Shown here piece by piece: positions 1-13,499 of a stretch of DNA of 56,468 nucleotides (the first letter of the stretch is position 1; each line of letters begins with the position of its first letter). The notes beneath the pieces are model-generated. The model had not been told where the DNA came from. It made no database searches and saw only the letters and a list, made by a program, of their open reading frames with translations. The position numbers and the translations under genes were made by a program. The stretch is from Catajapyx aquilonaris. Taxonomy: Eukaryota. The stretch is from positions 1-56,468 of the forward strand of contig KZ538654.1 of the NCBI GenBank assembly GCA_000934665.2, read 5' to 3'.

Positions 1-3000
1 TTTGTCTGGCCGACGATTGGATGCGGTCCAAGTGTCTCCGTGGGAACGTCAATAAATTAGAATTTGCTGATTTGATAACGGGGATTTATATCTCCCCGTC
101 GCTTGCTGGCTTGTATTGCAGATTCATAAGCTCGCGGGAATACACTAGAAGCCACTCGCATTATCGTGTTAAGGTACGGGGAGACCCATATTTATGCTGG
201 TGACCTGGACCGAACACTATTTTTTTATGCGAACACTTTTTGGATGGGAGGGGGGGGGGGGGCGNNNNNNNNNNNNNNNNNNNNNNNNNNNNNNNNNNNN
301 NNNNNNNNNNNNNNNNNNNNNNNNNNNGGGGGTCGTCGCCTTGGCCTTATTCCATTTGCGAGATGGTTCGGGTGGTCGTTTGTGCGTGGTTCATGGTCTC
401 TTCAGGAGCTGCTGCCAAGCAAAACCTCTTTGCATCCAGCTGGGGGGGGAAGGCGGTGAAGCCCCTCACCACCTTCCCCCTTTCCCCCCTGAACGGCTTT
501 TGTGCAGCCGCCTGTGGAAATGATATGGCTTTGCAAGCTCTTCTTCCTTTGTCAACTAGAACGAATTGCTTGCACCTCTTTTTCCCCCCTAGGTTTTTTT
601 TTCNNNNNNNNNNNNNNNNNNNNNNNNNNGGGGGGGGGTGGGGGGCGTTTTCGTCTCCCCAGGGAGCCTAAGTGGAGGGAATGTGCGTAATTGTTGGCTG
701 CCTAAATCATTTTATGTGGGAGGGCCTGTTTGTTGCGGTCATTTATGTCGAGGGCTGTTTATTGGGCGGCAAAATGGCTGAAACTGGAACCGGATTTTTA
801 AGTAATTAAGTTGTAACAGCATGATTTTTAGGGCACAGTTTGGCACGGGGAGGCTGGGGAAATCTGGCCGCGGGAAGGCAGCGTTGAGTCATCCGCCTTG
901 AATTGAGCAATCGGCGTTCTTAGTGACTGCTTTTTATTTGCTTATTTCTTTATTGAGCTGGAGGCGGGAAGGTGGTCAGTTGACTACCCATGGGAGTCGA
1001 CCATTCCATTTCGTACGTACCGGGTATGAATTGTGAAATTTTGCAAGCGCGTTATATATGCGCGATGCATACTCTATTTTTCCCCCTCTCCCATTCCGGG
1101 CTTGCGGAAAGGACAAGTTGATGGGCTTATCGACCCTACATGTGCGAACAAACAATCCTGGTAGCATATACAGTGCGTTGTGCTGGAGTTAGCATTTCCG
1201 GTCTCGATTAATAAATCAAACGAGGTGCGCCCGGAGGCGAGTACATTTTCCGTAACCAGACCGGGCTAATAAAACCTAGCCGACTATAGGGGGGAGGGAG
1301 AACCGGGAAATAAAAAAGTAGCCCCTAGGAGCTTTTTATACGGTATTATTTGGGGACATATAGCCGATGTTGGAGTAGGGTTTGGGGGGTGGTAGAAGGG
1401 CCCCCCCGTGACAAGCACCACCACGCGGGATACGCCCCTCGATCTTCATCACGCAGCTAATGGAGTTGTGTTCGTGTTTGGCCGCTTGCGTGAGAGTCAA
1501 TGCAGGCAACACTCGGGTCTTTTGGAGGCAATTCCCACGCCTATGGGCTACCCCCCCTACCCCGATATCGATAGGGTTATATGGTACAGGTCAAAGGGTC
1601 TGTTGCAGAATCGGTTTTTGCATTCAACCGGAGTTCATTTTTGGTGCGGGTTGTTGGATGGGGAAAAAAAGTATTGATTCTGGTATTGGGGGAAATATCG
1701 GTGTTTCGAAATTGCTATTTTTCCGAGTGCCGGATGGGCTATGCACGTAAGGTAATTGTTATTTTAATTTTTCCGGGCAGGGGCATCGCCAATTGTTCAT
1801 TAAAGCATTAATGAAATTGCTGTGATACACCAATATTGCGAATTCTCCGGGCAAAAATATATCAGCATATATGTGGGTACAATGATGGGTTAGTCGAGCC
1901 AGGCAAGTTTCTAGGCGTGAATAAGCAATCAAGTTGAGCCACCCCATAATTTAAGGCGTTTCACTCGCTCAAAAAATATAACTTCCCGCCTTCCAGCCTT
2001 GTAACCCTCTGGGTATCACCACAGTTGAGAGGTGGTAAAACCCGAGCGTAAAATATCCTCAACAAGGAAGCCGCTGATTTGCCAGTCAGACCCCCAAGGC
2101 CCTCTCTGGAGCCGGACAATAATGGAGATATACTACTAAACTCCTGTTTCAGTCTAAGCTATTCCTGGTACATTGCGTCATGATATCCACCAGACAGGCC
2201 GGACCACACTTAAAACCAGCGGGACTAAATTTGGCACCCTGTATAGTAAAACGCGTGTGATAAATTCACGAAAAGAAAGCACTGTCACGAGGCGCTACAA
2301 AAAAAAAACGCGGTTATTTTAGTGTGGGTAGCGGCTCCTTTGGGGGAGGGGGAGACCTTAATATTAGATATTGCAGGGCGTTTCATTTGCGTTCCGGCAT
2401 TTTGTTGCCTGGGATTTGGGCAGAATACACACGGAATTACGCCCAGGCACCGCTTTATATGAAGCATCCATGATCTTGAGGCGTAATTTGCGACGCCTTG
2501 GCTCCCCCTGCGAAGATGAGGCCCGCATTCCGGAGGCTTTTCCAACCCCCTCCCGGAATGAGGGCGTCTTAAACTGCGTGTCCGGAGAGCGGTTTTAATT
2601 TCATCGCATTAACCGATGATAAGTACACTCCCAAGCTGTGTAACCCCCGGCAGTAATTTGGGTCTAATTGCAGCTAATGCCTGTCCGTCAGTGCCGAGGA
2701 AATGAACTTGGGCCAAAGGGAGGGTTTTCACTACATTGCAACTTTCGTAGCGCTTTCTTTTTTTAAAACGTGTTGATATGGTCATCTTTCGGTGGGGAGC
2801 TGCCATGTAACGTGGCTCAGTATAAGAAGGACCAGAGAGGGACAATTTTGGGTAAAATATGTCTAGCAGCGGGCGTTAATAAATTCTGGCAGCAGGTGTC
2901 GGCCTTTTGGTCAGCAAGAAAAGGGCGGTGGTCAAGAGGCGCCTGAATGGGCTCGTCTTGACCGAAGACGGTTATCACGTTTCCGTGTGACGCCCTTCCT

Positions 3001-6000
3001 TGGTTGGCTGCCAGCCGGAGAGGATCGTTTTCCAGCCATTTTTTCCCCCTCGGAAAGCTTGTATGTGCCAGCTCTTTTTTTCTTCCTTTCTCGGCTGCCA
3101 TCCCCTGGAGTTGAAGTGTTATAGGGAGGCTCTTGGTTGCCGAGGCCTCCTCGGGAGACCCTTGCTAAGGGCCCTGATAGTCCCCGCCTCTGAGTCGTAT
3201 CCGAGCAAATAAAAGCGGCGGGGGCTACAGGCGCGAAACAGGGAACGAAATGCCCTCTTTTTACCCCCCTCCTTTACTGCCGGCCCGTGTCGTTTCTCTG
3301 ATCTTTCCGGGCGAATCTGGTAAATTGCTTCATTTAAAATGATGCACTGCAGTTTTCAGGTATTAGCGTCAGCTTTTATCGTGCGGAAACCCGGGCTGAA
3401 GTTGACTTTTATTTCAGGAAGGGACGAGAATAGAATGAAGTATGCTACTTATAGCATGGGGAGGAGGGGGTATCAAGAGCAGCGGAACGATTCTCTTGGG
3501 TGAGGCATTATCTGTGACATCCTAGGGTGGAATGGCAGCATAATGCAAATGCCTGGAGGGGGGAGGGATAGATGTTTATCTGAGGTGGGGGGTGAGTTAC
3601 GACGTTTTCAAGGGGAGGGGGAGTTGTAATTACGAGCTCCTTGCGGTATTTTTATCAGGGTTGATTATGGCTGGGCATTACTGGAGGTGGTTATGGTTTT
3701 TTCCAGTTTTTTCTAAAGGGGGGGACCGGTTGTATGATTCAGAAACATCTTGAGACTTGTTTGTTCGAGACCATTCCCTGCAGCCAAAGAGTAATTGAAC
3801 TGGGCCATCTGCGGTTCGCCAGTTATCTGGGAATTTACGATGCTTTTTTCTTTTTGGGAAGAAGGATTTTCTGGAGCGGAAGTTCGGTTTATCTGGAGAG
3901 ATAACTGGAGATGTAGGAATTGAGTATCGATTATTGGGCAAGTTTTTTTTTGTAATTTGGGGGGCGAAAAAAGTGGTTAGAACAAGTGTGGCTTGATAGC
4001 TAAACCAGTTTTGCGAAACCTTGGTCGGCCCAGTTTTTTAAAAGAGTAGGTAGTTATTTGCCCATTGTAAGCTTGCAAAGCAACGTTACTAATTGCCTAT
4101 TAAAGAAAGCCTAATAGCTTCTACGCTTCATCGCTTGCTTGTTCTCACATCTGGTTTGTAAAAGCAGTCGCGCGAAATAAAAAGCGAGGAATTTGACCAT
4201 CGGCCATTTCGAATCGCAAATTAGTCCAGGGTCGAATTCTGGATCACCTTCACATTTTTTTTTTCTTTCTTTCTTTTTGAAATGGTGTCAAAATGGACTC
4301 GAGGGTCCGGATTCTGGCCAGGAAAAATAAAAATGCGGGGTCTCTTCTCTTTTCTGGGCCCCCGTAGGAAAAGCAACGAGGCGCTCTGTATGTAAAGTGG
4401 CCCTCGAGTCGCAACGACCTGGAAATGGCCACTTGGAAACTTCCAACGGCCTCCATTGCGGCATTCAGCCCGGCTGACAAGTTACTGCAATGGGATGTGT
4501 ATATGTCATGTGTCAGGAAAAGAGAGTGTGTGTGTGTATATATATGTAAGAGGGGGGAGATCTCAAGGGAAGTCTGAAATATGACGGCTCTCTTTTATGT
4601 GTGTGTTTTCTACACACACAAAAAAATGCCGGAAAGTCGTTTGTAAATCGAGGGAATGGCGGCGAGTTGGGATATTAAAAAAGTATAGTGCCTAGTTGTT
4701 TTCGCATCGGGGGACAAGGTTTGGGTTTACGACCGGACTTCCCGTGGAATGGCCGAAAGTTGGCGGTGTGGACAAGTAGGTAGTCAAAAATTACATGCTT
4801 TTTTGGCTAGTTGGGAGTTTGGCCAAGAGATGGCGTTGATGCTTTGTAACGAGTCGTGTGATGGCCCAAGTGGAAGCTAGCCCGCATAATGGCTGGATGC
4901 CCTCAGGTGCAGTTTCTTTAGTTGGGATTGTTAGATTCGATCCGAAAGGGGGGGGGGGGAGGGGGGGACCTTCAGATTGCGATGGGAGGGTAGAAAAAGA
5001 ACGCTTGTACAACGAGCGCTTCAATTTCGGGCGGGCGCGCCGAGGATCGGTTTATGGGGCCTAATGCCATCATTTGGAGTCAGATCAGTGAAAGGATCGG
5101 CCAAGAAAGCCTCTCAGATCCCCGGAGCTTTGGGGAGGGAATGAAGCAGCAGCTTTCTCTGACACCTGGCGATAAAAGGCCGAACTGTGCGAGCGTGAAA
5201 ACAGCCGACATGTGAACGCCATGTCAATGAAGTGCCGGATAGGAGTGTACGGAGCCGGAATAAGATGAGGAAGGGGGTAGGGGAAGGGGGAAGGATTAAC
5301 CCCCCCAACCCCCTTCCTCACATCTTATATACCCCTACCTCTATACCTATCTAGCCTCTCAAGCCTCCGCCAGGTAATTTGCAATTACTCGCGGGAATGG
5401 TGTTGTCACTTTCTTGTCACGTTTTGGGCCTTCCCTCCACCTCACCTTTGATATCAAGAACCTCAATCTAATCAGACGAGCCATGTCTGGCTTGCTTATC
5501 AGGATGTTTCCTTGGCTGCCTCAAGCGCAAAGGAAACTCGTAGGAGGAGGGTAGGAAGAGGGCTGGAATGAACAATCGCTCCCGGACCGAATTATCCAGC
5601 TCACTATACAGGACCCTTCCGTTCTCTTGACAGAGACGAAATCAAGACGTTTGTTGGCGTTATACTGAAGATTGTGCAAAAATCGCTAGCGTGAGCGTGC
5701 AATTTGATTATAAGAGCACACACATACTGACAGGGTTTTGTTGCCCCCCCCCCCCCAAAAAAAAAAGAGCGAGCCAATCCCTGCCGACACATGTAATTCG
5801 CCAGTCTGCTTCATGAAGCGAGATTTGAGTTGTGCGGCAATAACCTAACTAGCGAGAGAGGAAAAAAAGAGCGAGGGGATGGCGCGAATGTTTGGGCAAA
5901 ATACAGCGGCATAAATTGGAAGCGTGGTTTATTTATACAGCTATTTCAGTCGGGCGGAATTACGGAAGGAAGCATAATCTGCGTGAATGGTGATGTAATT

Positions 6001-9000
6001 TGGTATCATGGCGGGGCTGGCAATTCGGTAATATGTACATGACGGCAATAACGCGTGGATAATACACTCCGAAAATGTAAATAAATTCTACGTTTTTTGG
6101 GCGCTTTTCCCGCTGGCAGTTTATGGGGGAGATGTTTTCACAATTTTTTTGGTAGCACACTTACCTTGCTGCTCTCGTGTTTTTTTTGTAGTTTGTAACA
6201 AAGCGAGAAGCTTGAGAGCTCAAGAAGGAGGCGGACTTAGAAGGGGAGAAGATCCATGCTTTCCAAGCCGTCAGCTGCTAATCCTTTCTTAAGACCTCAG
6301 TTAAGTCAGGAGGTATTAGCGCAGTATGTACCTACAAGATTGGTGACCCTCGTATTAAGAACTTTCATGGCGTAGCCGGTACATTTCAGTATTAAAAACG
6401 GTCAATATTTGCATCAGCACAGTCATAATTGGGTTTAATACGTGTCTTTGTGCTTGGAAATGTCCGGAGAATTTCACGTGTTTTTTGGCTCGGGAAAAAA
6501 AAGCGAGATTGACTTGCGTCTATCACAAACACACACACAAAAAAAGCGGGCGTGGGTCCCATCCCATCTGTTGTCTGTTTTCTAATTACGCCTGTTGCAG
6601 TCGTTGACAAAATCAAACGCCGTCGTGTTTGTTCAGTTTTGTTTGACTCTCCCGCCGGCAAACAGAATCCATGCTGAGTTGCTCCTGAATGCATTTTCCA
6701 GCGGGGGTTGAAATACTCGCTCGCAAAATGAGGATCATGGGCACCAGTGCGAGTACGATTTTTGGGGGGGCGACTCCAGCTCTTATTTGTATAATTAAAG
6801 AAGTGGTGGTGGTGGTAGAGAGAAGGGGGGTATAATTTGGAGCACGTTTGATGCCCCTTTGGGTGGAGTTGGTTCCAACGACCACTTGCTGTTCGGCGGA
6901 ATGGAAACGATAAAATCAGGAGCCAATGTTGCGGAAAGGTTGGAGAGAGAGAGAGAGGCTCCAGAGCAAAGTAATTGTCCTATTCCAACCGAATTGCGCC
7001 GTTTCGATTAGTCCGGGTTTGAATCGACAGCATATGGCGAAATATTGCAGCTTCGTCACAATCTCCTGCTTTCCACGTTTAGGTCAGGTTCTTCGTCGCA
7101 AGTTTTTTTTTTCTCTCCTTCTGAGCCCGACGGGACGGTTTCTTCGTAGCATCCGCCGATTTGCATAACTTCATTTTCACAAGCTCTGCTTGATATGGAA
7201 ATGGGGTTACCGTTATTGATTGCAAAGTTTTTGAGTGCCTTATTCCCTCGTCTTTCCGCATTAGCGAGTTTTATAGGGTGGGCCCCAGTGGCTTGAAGAT
7301 GCAATATGCTTAGTACAGTGGGTAGGAAATTGGTATTTGAGTTGATTAGTGTTGCTGAAGGGAACAGATAAAGAGATGTAGGGGTCCGGGTACAGGGTTG
7401 CCAACCGGTGCAAATTTGACATGAAAATGCATTAGCGCAAATTAGTTTCTGGGCTCTTTGGGGACATTTTTTTTGTGTGTTGGTGGGAGGTACCGTGTCT
7501 CAATTTGGGCGCATGGCAACCGCGTTGTTTTGGAGTGGAAATTAGATCAGTGTAGCTTTTGCATGGGCAGCGAGGCCTGGAAGGCGACCAGATGTGTAAC
7601 CGGATTGTCATGAAGCCTCGTTAGTTGTCAGGAGGGGGCGCTCCCAACACAGCTATCCGGTGTAGTTTAAGCGGCTTGGCGGGATCCGGAGAGACGAGAC
7701 CCATCATGCACTTACAGCTTTACATGAGCTTACAGCTTGTAATACATTAACAAAAATAGCAGTGGCTTCGGGCCACTTTTTTTGCCCATTTTTTGAGGGG
7801 AGGATGGAAAAAACAGGATTTTTTTTTATAAGGCGGGTCACGTCAACCGGTTTCATCAAATTCCCTCTTGGCTTGGCGTTTGGCGGTGAGGCGTGAGGCC
7901 CATTCTAAAGGCGCCTAATCCTCCAATACTTCTGGAGAACCTCACCATTCATTTGGAAGAGGTCCATGCACACCGCGAATTGCCGTTTCCACGGCCGCCT
8001 TGGCCATGCAATAGCTCTGACCCCCTCGACTATAGCTTATGTGATGGGGGGGGACCGGAATTGATAAATGAGAATTTTTATTCGTAAAACGTGCAAGCAA
8101 CGCCATCTGTGGCGTAGTGAGGGAACTAACAATTATTTTGCTAAACATTTGAACCAGCAAGTTTCTGGAAAGTATGTGCAGTGTGAGTTAAAATTTGGTG
8201 AAAATTACAGAACCGGGTTTATTTTCTTTTTGTTCAGAGATCATCTTTTTGACCAGAGGGGGTACCGCGAAAATTAGGTGCGCGAAATTAACCAATTTTG
8301 GATTATTCTATGATAACACATTACAAAACCAATTATGTAAAATAATAGGGTGGTGCAGCGGGCTCATTTCCTGGAAGGCTGCACATGTACACTGTTTCAT
8401 TATTTTGACTCGGTTTTTTTTGGTAAGGTAGGTAGGTGGTGGGGATGGGGGGGGGGGGGGGNAACAAAAAAGAGCAGGAGCAAGATTTTGGCCCATGTTT
8501 GTCGAATCTCAAGGAGGTAATGGAGAAAACGTGAATCAAAGTGTGGCGCACCTCACTAGATGGCAGTGGTGTCTGGGTGTGTAAGGAGTCGTGGGACGGC
8601 CTGGTTGTGGGCCTGTATTGTGTATTATTGAACCACGATCGCAGTGCGTCTAATCTGGAAAATATTGTTGCGCATAGACTCCTTTTTTGCAATTCGTAGC
8701 ACTGCCAAATTGAATGAGATGGAGGGGGACTTTTTTTTTCGTTTTTTGCCCTTTTTGGGGGGGGGAAGAAGGCGTGTCGAGGTTGGGGGGGCGACTCTGC
8801 TCAAAGACAGTCGTAGCGGAAGGAAGCGTGGAAAATTTATTCGGGGAGAAATATTCCCGTCGTGCCGAGTTGAGAGCTCGCAGTTGGTTCTGGTGAAGAT
8901 GCGCTCTGGGTTTTTTCCTCTTTTTTGGGGGGGAAGGGGGGGGGCAACTCAGCCTTCTTGGGGAGGGTGAAAGAAGTGGTGAAAGGGGCCGAATTGGATT

Positions 9001-12000
9001 TCCCAGGAAGAAGAAAGCGTTTCCTTGGGGGCATTCGTGCTCTTCCACCTCCTCCAACTCTATGGCCAAACTCCTCTTGCTTTTTTTCTATTTTTTTCCC
9101 TCTAAAATCCGCCCCCCTCTCCCCACAACCCTGCTTCCCCTCCCACTCGGTTTTGTTGGCGCCGTGATAAATGCGAGCCCCCAGCTGACAAATTGCATTG
9201 TTGGCAGGAAGGCCTGTTCAAATGGATAATTAGCCGTGACATTATCTGGGCCGAGATGCCAGCCTGATAGATGAAGCCGACGGGGCCTGGGGCCATTGTT
9301 GTGGGACGGGGAGGGGGTGGTTTTTTTCCCAGCTTGTTCTCTTGGCATGGCAGTGTAACAATCGATGGATACTAGTTTTTTTTAAGGGGGGGGGGGAGGG
9401 AACGAGCCGACAAGACATCTGCTGGCGTGACCATTTCAATTACAGGCAATATGGTGACTAGTTTTTTTTGTGGCACTAGGTGTTGGGAAATTGATTTAAA
9501 TTGTTGTACCTGATTAGGCTCAAATGAGCTGACCGAACATATGCTGCTTTTGGTGTCTTTCCAAAAGGGGAGACCCGCATAATAAATTTAATTAATAAAT
9601 AATATTACTAATACACATACGAAGTTCATTGTAAGTAAGTTAGTGCACCATTGCATGTGGATTAGGTGATTTGAAGACTGAGATTTATTCGGCACAATAT
9701 AAAAAGATATTTCATTGTGTTTCATATTTTGAAGGAAAAAAAATAAGTATTGCAGTATTATTGGTATTTTTTTTGAAATTTTTTGATATGCCCCATGGTT
9801 AGCTTTTGGTATAGGTTAGGTTACCGGTACGGCAGGTTAGTGTAACATAAAGAACGTTCCTAAATTCCAACTGGAGACCGGCCGCCTTTCATAGAAGCAA
9901 AAAAGAGTGTCTGCACTTCCTTTTTTTTCATTTTATATTATTATTGATGCTCCCTTTTAAGTCGTGGAGTTGGGGCGTGCGGGGTGGTGGCAAAAATAGA
10001 TTGCCTCTTCCAACCCTCTAACAATATCTTCACGAGCGTGGAAGAATGTTTCCAATCCGGCGGATTCCTGACATACTTTTATCGCCAACCCAGAGCCCAC
10101 CCCCTTCCCATACTACAATGGGGAAAGAGGCCTCTGAATATCAGGCATTTCTAGCCCCGCAGGCTGCAAGGTGGGGAGAGGCGCCGACATTTTTGGTGTA
10201 TGCTCTCCCCTCCCCTCCCTACCGATGTCTTATCGGTATCAATATTTCAGGCCCGGAAAGTGCACCTGTCACCGACTCCATTCCATACTCCAGGGAGGCT
10301 CCTGACAGTTCCCGAACAGATCGTTATCGGGACTCCATTTCCCTACCAACATTTACATGAAAGGGACGAGTGAGAGGGGAAAAAAGCTGGTGTGTGAACG
10401 ATTTATTGACACCCCGCTTTTTTGTTGTTGTTGCTAAATCCTGACCTTTCAAGTTAAGCAAGGTTCGAATCCAGCTATCAGCATTTCGTATGCTGTCAAA
10501 AATTATGTAGTCCTTCCAGTAAAATTGCGATTCTAAAGACAGAGGCCTCCGTGTGAACTCCAAGCACAATCTTGGCCCGGGCCGCTCTTTGCCCCTGTGA
10601 AGTGCGAGAATCAAAATACGAGCGGCGCGAGTAAATGACTGCTTTTACATGCCCTGGAAACAGAAATGTGCTCGGCGGAAACTTGCAACGATCTGGCAAA
10701 CTACCCGGGAGCCCTAAATATTCATGGGCCAAAAGATGAAGAGCAGCGGGTTTATCGGCGCAAGAGACTCATAAAGCTTCCAACAACTGGTTTTCCAGTC
10801 GTCGTAAAGAATGCTTAGAAGGGCCCCTACTAACACACAAGGCCCCCGCTCCTGGCAAATGAAAATAGCGCAATATTCCGCCGCCAGCCTGCTTCCAAAT
10901 GTTTCCCATGCATTAAAAATCACTTCTGACTTCCCCAAAATACATTTTGCTCGCCCTCCCACCCCCCTCCGGATATTTTACGACGAGCCTTGATGACAAT
11001 TGGCAGGGTTGTAAACACGGCGGAAAAGGGTGCACCGGATATCATTTTGGGGGGTGTCAAAAGCGCCGGAGTTGATTTGCCCTGAAACGACAGTGGTGCT
11101 ATTTTGGCTGATATGGCTGATTGACTGCAGGGGGAGGTGATTTATTTTAATTCCAACACTACCGGCTGTTTGATTGGGCGTACAGTACGCCATCTGTCAT
11201 CGGGATGCTCCAGGCTGAAGCATTCAGCCGGCTTTGATCTAAGACACATGGTAATGAACCATTAGCAACACACGAGGCATCTGCTTAGTATGTCAGTAGT
11301 GGTGGGTACGTGCTGCCACACCCGTGCGACCTGCCTCGAGTGTGAAACGTTATTTTTTGTGTGTGTTAAACCCTATATATACACCAAGGCTGGTTTTGGC
11401 AGTCGTGGGGTTCCAGGCTCATCCCAGGCCGAGGAATGGGCTCGTAAAAAGCTTGGAAGCCGGTGGCGGCGATGGCCTGGAAATTATGTATCCCGCATTC
11501 TACTTGGTGGTCAGGAGAGGATCACCTCAATCCCCGGGGCCACCGCCAGGGGCGCTGTTTTCTGCCCATAAATCCCCAGCCGGGTCATTTCCCAGAGCCA
11601 GCCAAGGGGGCGGCCACCACTAAGAAAATCCTTGTTTATTGTCCGACTCTTGATAATTGTCAGACATGGTGGTTGGCTTCCAGTTGTAAAAGTGCCAGCA
11701 GGTTGGGTGGGTCGAGGCTTTGCTTAACTAAATTACCTGAGACACCTGTCAGATGGGCTAGGTATTTTGGCCGGGGAGGTAAACCGCGGTGGGTAGTAAA
11801 AATTGGAATCTGCCGGGTTGCGGTGGACCGCAGCAGACCACCGCCGGAGTGGATTTTTGCGGCCGGACTGGGGCTCTTGTTTTGCTCTGTTCTAGGCAAA
11901 TATGAGTCGGCTAGTAGTGAACCCGTAATCCGCTAGGATCGCCACACAGTTGAGCACTACAGCAGCGCCGAAGCGGCAACTCGCCTCCATAAGGACGGGG

Positions 12001-13305
12001 TAGGAGTGTCAGTCAACGCGTGTAGGGACAAAGTCACACCCAACCAATTCTATATTCAGGGATATCACCAGTAGCTGAAGTGAGCGCACTTTCATTACGG
12101 GCTATCTTATTTGGAAAGGGGCGCAGTAACAAAAAAGCGATGGTATCAGTTGCGTGTCGAGTTGCCATCATTTTTTACCCCCCTTTTCGCGGCATGTAGT
12201 GGGTCATTTACGCGTCGCCTACTCTGTCATTTCCTTATGGAAGCCCCAACCTGTGTTTAGCGTGGTAATTTATAGTCGCTGCCTAAGTATAGGTTAGTCG
12301 GTCGGAAAGCCAAAGGTGGCGATTTTCTCCGGGAGCCTACCATTTTGTGTCCCGCAAGTCCGAAATGTACTTTTTGTCCCGAGTCTTCTTTCCTAGTAGC
12401 CCCCTTTCCTAAGAGGTTAATCAAATCATTTATTTAGCAAGACGTTAAAGCTGCCACGGAAATGAGATTGGGCTCGGAGCTAATTACGAAACGACAAAAA
12501 GAGCTCAACTTTTATTACTTGTACGTCGTAAACTTTCATTTAACTTGATTAGCAAAGAGAATTCCTAGTTCTTGCCTAATGAGAGCACGGAAGTTGTTAT
12601 TAAGGGTTATAAAAGCAAGCCTTGTAGCTTTTAAAATTACTGGGGAGGGAGGGGGGGGGAGGGGGGGGGAGAGAAATTCAGCTCGACATCTAAATTTCAA
12701 CCTCTCCCCTTTTTTGTGTGTGGACCTAGAATTTCAAACCGGGTTTTCACCACTTCTTGCTCCTGTTCGAATGAGTCATTAAAATGCAATTAACATTCGC
12801 AGGTCTTCATTTTAATAATCGGAGTGATTTGTCAGAGCGGGTTAAATGCTTATTAATCTGCAAGCGGCTTAAGAGATGGGCGCCGCTACAATCTTGGCTC
12901 TATTTCGCCGGGATCTTGCATATTATTTCCATGGGGTGGGGGAAGGGAGGGGGGAGGAAGGGGAGGCTTTTGAAGAGCTTTGCACGGCTTGTCGTGACGG
13001 GAGGAAGGGTATTAAAATGGAAACGAGCACAACTCTCTAGATTCATCTTGAGGGCGCCAGGAGTTGAGGGAAAGGGCGTGGTCGACGCTTCCGACGCTCG
13101 GCGTCGTCCCTTTGACGCCATCAGGACCCTATTCACATGTTGAGGAGGCCGACGGAATATTGCAAAACGGATGGAAAGCGCTCTCCCCATCCGTGACTGC
13201 AGGGAAGGATTGTCAGCCATAGTGGTGGTTAAATTTTCAATACGGTGCTGCCGTTAATGGCGTCTGGGTGCATAAATCACGTCTTGTATGCTGGGTCTGT
13301 GCGCT

Positions 13306-13499
13306 TGTGATGTCACAGAGCCTGGGCTGCTGGCGGTGCGGGAACGTGTGCCATCACTGCCGTGCCCGGCGGGGCGGGTGACGTCACAGCGCATCGCCCG
13401 CTGGAGGTCTGGGTTTGTGTGACGTCACTGTCTTGCTGGCCGGCACGGGTGACGTCACGTCGATGAGCTCACAGGCGGTACGGTCACGTGTGACGTCAC
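13306..13499. promoter_or_regulatory. Cluster of CRE/ATF palindromes
   Basis: Perfect GTGACGTCAC at 13378, 13419, 13449 and 13490, plus the variant TGTGATGTCAC at 13306. Confidence 0.5.

Noticed and set aside
241..650. Poly-G tracts with Ns as G-quadruplex signals
   Set aside because: They coincide with assembly gaps and ambiguous bases, so tract lengths are unreliable.
7393..7524. Possible hAT MITE (CAGGGTTGCCAA...ATGGCAACCGCG)
   Set aside because: The TIR match is short and imperfect, and no target-site duplication is evident.
13306..13499. CRISPR-like repeat-spacer appearance
   Set aside because: The repeat is only 10 bp, spacing is irregular, the context is eukaryotic and there are no cas genes.
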